A stretch of 64,000 nt of DNA from Candidatus Falkowbacteria bacterium (GTDB lineage Bacteria; Patescibacteriota; Patescibacteriia; Patescibacteriales; UBA12465). Where the stretch lies: assembly GCA_037134915.1 (NCBI GenBank), contig JBAXLJ010000002.1, positions 192,935 to 256,934 on the forward strand, written 5' to 3'. Below are positions 61,509 to 64,000 of the stretch, piece after piece. Within the stretch, counting starts at the first letter, position 1; the number at the start of each line of letters is the position of its first letter. A program made the translations under genes and the position numbers. The notes under the pieces were generated by a model, which saw only the letters and a program-made list of their open reading frames with translations, ran no database searches and was not told the DNA's origin.

Positions 61509-61625
61509 TTAATCATTAAAATAGAACACTAACAAACAAGATTAGATTTGATTAATCACCGAATTCATCTAAAAAGGTGTGTTTAGTAATTAATCAAATA
61601 TATTAATCTTTAAAATAAAAGAAAA

Positions 61626-62075
61626 ATGGAAGCACTCAGTTGTAATTTTTCAGACGTAGTTATTAATAGCTACAAAAATAATGTTCATAAAATGCAGAAC
61701 ATTCCTGATACTGGCTTTAATGAAGCTACTCAAGGAAGTTTTAATTTTATTGGCATTATTGCTCATAGCGGTATCGTTGGTGATAGTGATGATTTATTAT
61801 TACTTGACCCAGAGATTAGTCAAAAGTTAAATGATTTTGACGTCTGCGTTGAGATTCTGTATCAACTCGGAAAACTCACAGGAAAAAATTTCTCTAGTTG
61901 GCAAGAAGCTCTGATTGATTCTGATTATTATCAGAAAGGTCAGTTGATGATTTTGCAAAGACATTTTTCTCCAGTGGTTTGGACAGGCAAAACAATCCTT
62001 TGCTCTCCAAACGATAAATTAATTCAATACGCAATTCAACGCGTAAATGAAGTAAGGGAAAGAAGAAATAGATGA
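61626..62075 (+). CDS. Hypothetical protein (149 aa)
   Basis: ORF with its own promoter and a long 5'-UTR hairpin (61546-61599). No motif recognised. Confidence 0.5.
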   Translation: MEALSCNFSDVVINSYKNNVHKMQNIPDTGFNEATQGSFNFIGIIAHSGIVGDSDDLLLLDPEISQKLNDFDVCVEILYQLGKLTGKNFSSWQEALIDSDYYQKGQLMILQRHFSPVVWTGKTILCSPNDKLIQYAIQRVNEVRERRNR

Positions 62076-62145
62076 GAATAAACATTCTTCATCAAGAAGC
62101 CTCATAGCTATATTAGTTATCGGGGTTTTTTATTGTCCAAAAACC

Positions 62146-62173
62146 GTTCCAATCTTATCCCAGTCTCCGAGCA
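62146..62173 (+). repeat. 28-nt tRNA-3'-end-like element, copy D
   Basis: GTTCCAATCTTATCCCAGTCTCCGAGCA (27/28 identical to copy C), followed by ATAGACT-aatttt-AGTCTAT plus TTTTTGTTTT (62184-62213). Confidence 0.8.
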
Positions 62174-62217
62174 TAAACATTAAATAGACTAATTTTAGTC
62201 TATTTTTTGTTTTAGTA

Positions 62218-62246
62218 TTGACATATTTATATATTTATGATATAAT
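62218..62246 (+). promoter_or_regulatory. Consensus sigma-70 promoter of module 4
   Basis: TTGACA, a 17-nt spacer, then TGaTATAAT. Confidence 0.6.
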
Positions 62247-62287
62247 TATCCTGTTATTAATTAGTACATTAACTAAAAAAATAAAAA

Positions 62288-62566
62288 ATGAAAGTTGAAG
62301 TCATAATTTCAGTCCCAGAATTAAAGATGTCTTTTTCAAGGGAAATGGATCTATCTTTAGTATTTGTTGGTCACATTATTGCTTTATCTGGACTCGGTTG
62401 TCTGGTTATTAATGAAACCATGGAATCCAATTTTGATGGGGAAGGTAAGAGTGGCCAATTAATAGCTTTTGTTTCAATGGAAAAAGAAATAAAAGAGGCA
62501 TATTTAGCTGGAGGAGCAAAAAAAGCAATAAATATGTTTGCTAATTTTAAATTCGTCGCTAATTGA
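62288..62566 (+). CDS. Hypothetical small protein (92 aa)
   Basis: ORF between a consensus promoter and a terminator (AGAGTA..TACTCT plus T-run, 62585-62615). Confidence 0.45.
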   Translation: MKVEVIISVPELKMSFSREMDLSLVFVGHIIALSGLGCLVINETMESNFDGEGKSGQLIAFVSMEKEIKEAYLAGGAKKAINMFANFKFVAN

Positions 62567-62631
62567 ATTCACTTATTGTTAAAAAGAGTAAATCTGAATA
62601 ATCAGGTATACTCTTTTTTATTTTTAAAATA

Positions 62632-62666
62632 GTTCCAATTTATTGACTTAAAGAAGTTCTGAGACC
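62632..62666 (+). repeat. Degenerate copy E of the tRNA-end-like element
   Basis: GTTCCAATTTATTGACTTAAAGAAGTTCTGAGAC shares the GTTCCAAT start and a TCTGAGAC end, compared with TCTCCGAGCA in copy C. Confidence 0.35.
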
Positions 62667-62711
62667 TTTATCTGTTTTTAAAATATTAGTTATCATATAT
62701 AATAAATTCAT

Positions 62712-63923
62712 ATGACTAATTTATACAGACAAACAGAAGAATTTGTTGATAAAGTTACTGGTGGAAGTCCGCATTTAGAAAGAACTACTTTTTGGCTACA
62801 AAAATTAAAACCAGATGCTAGCGAGGCCCTGTTAATTGCTGCTAGAAGCCATGATATTGAGCGAGCTTTTCGCGATGGTAATTATGATAAAATAACCAAC
62901 TCAGATAAGGGTTATCAAAGTGAGGAACATTTATCTTATCATCAAGCCAAAGGAGCCGAAATTATGTCTAAATTTTTAAAAGAGAAAGGGGCTGATAGGG
63001 TATTAATTCATAAAGTATCAGAACTTATAGCTAATCATGAAGTTGGCGGAGACGATGATCAAAATTTAATAAAAGATGCTGATAGTTTAAGTTTCTTTGA
63101 AAATAATGTAGAACTATTTTTAAAAGAGCAGATTAAAAAGACTAATAAAGAAAAAGTAAGAGATAAGTTTAATTGGATGTTTAATAGAATTACTAGTAAG
63201 CGAGCTAAAGATTTAGCTCGTCCATTTTTTGAAGACGCTATTAAAAAGTTAGACTCTACAAAGAAACGCATAGCAATATTCTCACATGGATTTGGAGTTC
63301 GAAAAGACGATTTAGGCTTACTTAGCAGTATTGCCGAAGCGATGCCTGAGGTAGAATCAATATTATTTGATTATTTTGAAATAAATGAGAAGGAAAATAT
63401 AATGTCTATTTGCCCTCTCAGCTCTCAAGTTGAGAGGTTAAACACGGTTATCAGCAAGGCTAAAATAGCTAATCCTGGAGCTGTCATTGATTTAATCTGC
63501 CATTCCCAAGGAACAATTGTGGCGGCTATGGCAAAGCCAGTAGGAATTAGAAAAACAATACTTCTTGCCCCTGTATTTGATATGAGCCTGGAGAGAACAC
63601 TGGCACGATATCGTTCAAAATCTGATGCCATAATAAATCTTGAAGGAATATCAAAAATTCCATCTTCGAGTGGTTTGACCAGAATTATACCAAAAGAATA
63701 TTGGCAGGAACGTTTAGCTGTAAAACCTTTTATTGAATATAATGCATTCGCGAAGAAAACAGAAATAATTGCTATTGAGGCTAATCAAGATCAATTATTA
63801 TCTAAAGTTGATTTAAAAGAACTAGATTCAGAAATACAAATGTTATCAATTGATGGTGATCATAATTTTAATGATTTGGCGCGAGAACCTTTAATTAAAG
63901 TTATAAAAGATTTGTTAAGATAA
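62712..63923 (+). CDS. Fusion protein: N-terminal HD-domain phosphohydrolase plus C-terminal alpha/beta-hydrolase (serine hydrolase)
   Basis: HD part: SPHLERT, ARSHDIERAF, ANHEVGG, KDADSLSF. Hydrolase part: IAIFSHGFG (oxyanion), LICHSQGT (nucleophile elbow), IDGDHNF (His). The TATAAT at 62698-62703 ends 8 nt before the ATG. Confidence 0.7.
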   Translation: MTNLYRQTEEFVDKVTGGSPHLERTTFWLQKLKPDASEALLIAARSHDIERAFRDGNYDKITNSDKGYQSEEHLSYHQAKGAEIMSKFLKEKGADRVLIHKVSELIANHEVGGDDDQNLIKDADSLSFFENNVELFLKEQIKKTNKEKVRDKFNWMFNRITSKRAKDLARPFFEDAIKKLDSTKKRIAIFSHGFGVRKDDLGLLSSIAEAMPEVESILFDYFEINEKENIMSICPLSSQVERLNTVISKAKIANPGAVIDLICHSQGTIVAAMAKPVGIRKTILLAPVFDMSLERTLARYRSKSDAIINLEGISKIPSSSGLTRIIPKEYWQERLAVKPFIEYNAFAKKTEIIAIEANQDQLLSKVDLKELDSEIQMLSIDGDHNFNDLAREPLIKVIKDLLR

Positions 63924-63927
63924 TATT

Positions 63928-64000
63928 ATGAATATTCCGATAAAAAAATTAAATAGTGGTTTTGAAATACCAGTTCTTGGTTTTGGTACTTGGCTTATGG
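63928..64000 (+). CDS. Aldo/keto reductase (N-terminal fragment, runs off the window)
   Basis: MNIPIKKLNSGFEIPVLGFGTW matches the AKR N-terminal signature. Confidence 0.6.
   Translation, partial: MNIPIKKLNSGFEIPVLGFGTWLM

Noticed and set aside
60857-62173. The 28-nt repeats starting with GTT looked superficially like CRISPR repeats.
   Set aside because: The copies are 440-1500 bp apart, and the intervening DNA contains promoters, complete genes and terminators. Only C and D are near-identical, and no cas genes are in the window. This is not a CRISPR array.
1-64000. Possible alternative genetic code (UGA recoded, as in some candidate phyla).
   Set aside because: Conserved genes terminate at TGA at the expected length (parB 35674-35676, GT4 51280-51282, Wzy_C 53441-53443). 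All conserved proteins are intact under code 11 with no in-frame TGA needed.

Overview
AT-rich, gene-dense 64-kb chromosomal window read with the standard bacterial code: TGA serves as a stop in conserved genes such as parB and a GT4 gene. The content fits a small-genome Patescibacteria/CPR-like bacterium, which is inference only. Supporting features are HU, an archaeal-type class I aldolase, DUF3048, a TrmB-like HTH protein, a Wzx/Wzy-type glycan pathway split over two loci, giant Ser/Thr/Asn-rich secreted proteins, almost no Shine-Dalgarno sequences, and TGnTATAAT promoters close to start codons. Gene order: (1) MacAB-like adaptor/ABC export operon (1-4442). (2) Small membrane proteins and lipoproteins, mscL, rlmH, AlkD-like, SIMPL, an orphan pseudo-receiver and hup (4.5-9.7 kb). 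(3) Small mobile-element relics (9.8-10.2 kb). (4) An ECF-type sigma/anti-sigma-like pair, then a ~0.4-kb structured leader and a cell-surface block (10.6-25.1 kb) holding an S-layer candidate, a Cys-paired Ig-like repeat protein, a Wzy_C+TPR protein and a 1100-aa papain-like/LTD/LamG protein. (5) rnpB, a glycan priming locus, dtd and mnmA. (6) tRNA-Leu next to a decayed Bro-N-like gene. (7) parAB, dnaE, fba, a SEDS protein, rplY and prmC-prfA-rpmE. (8) A second glycan locus, then greA and lysS. (9) An accessory region (56.3-64 kb). The most interesting signals are: (a) an array of short, self-contained gene modules downstream of tRNA-Gln, separated by a recurring 28-nt element resembling the tRNA 3' end plus a copy of the tRNA terminator, with nucleotide-centred cargo and no recombinase in view; (b) an ORF-free ~0.9-kb region upstream of it with a promoter-to-terminator ncRNA candidate and a seven-hairpin leader in front of an orphan three-gene operon; (c) a candidate antisense sRNA with a near-consensus promoter between rpmE and prfA; (d) leaderless-type promoter/start geometry. 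All functional calls rest on motifs read by eye. No database search or folding computation was run.
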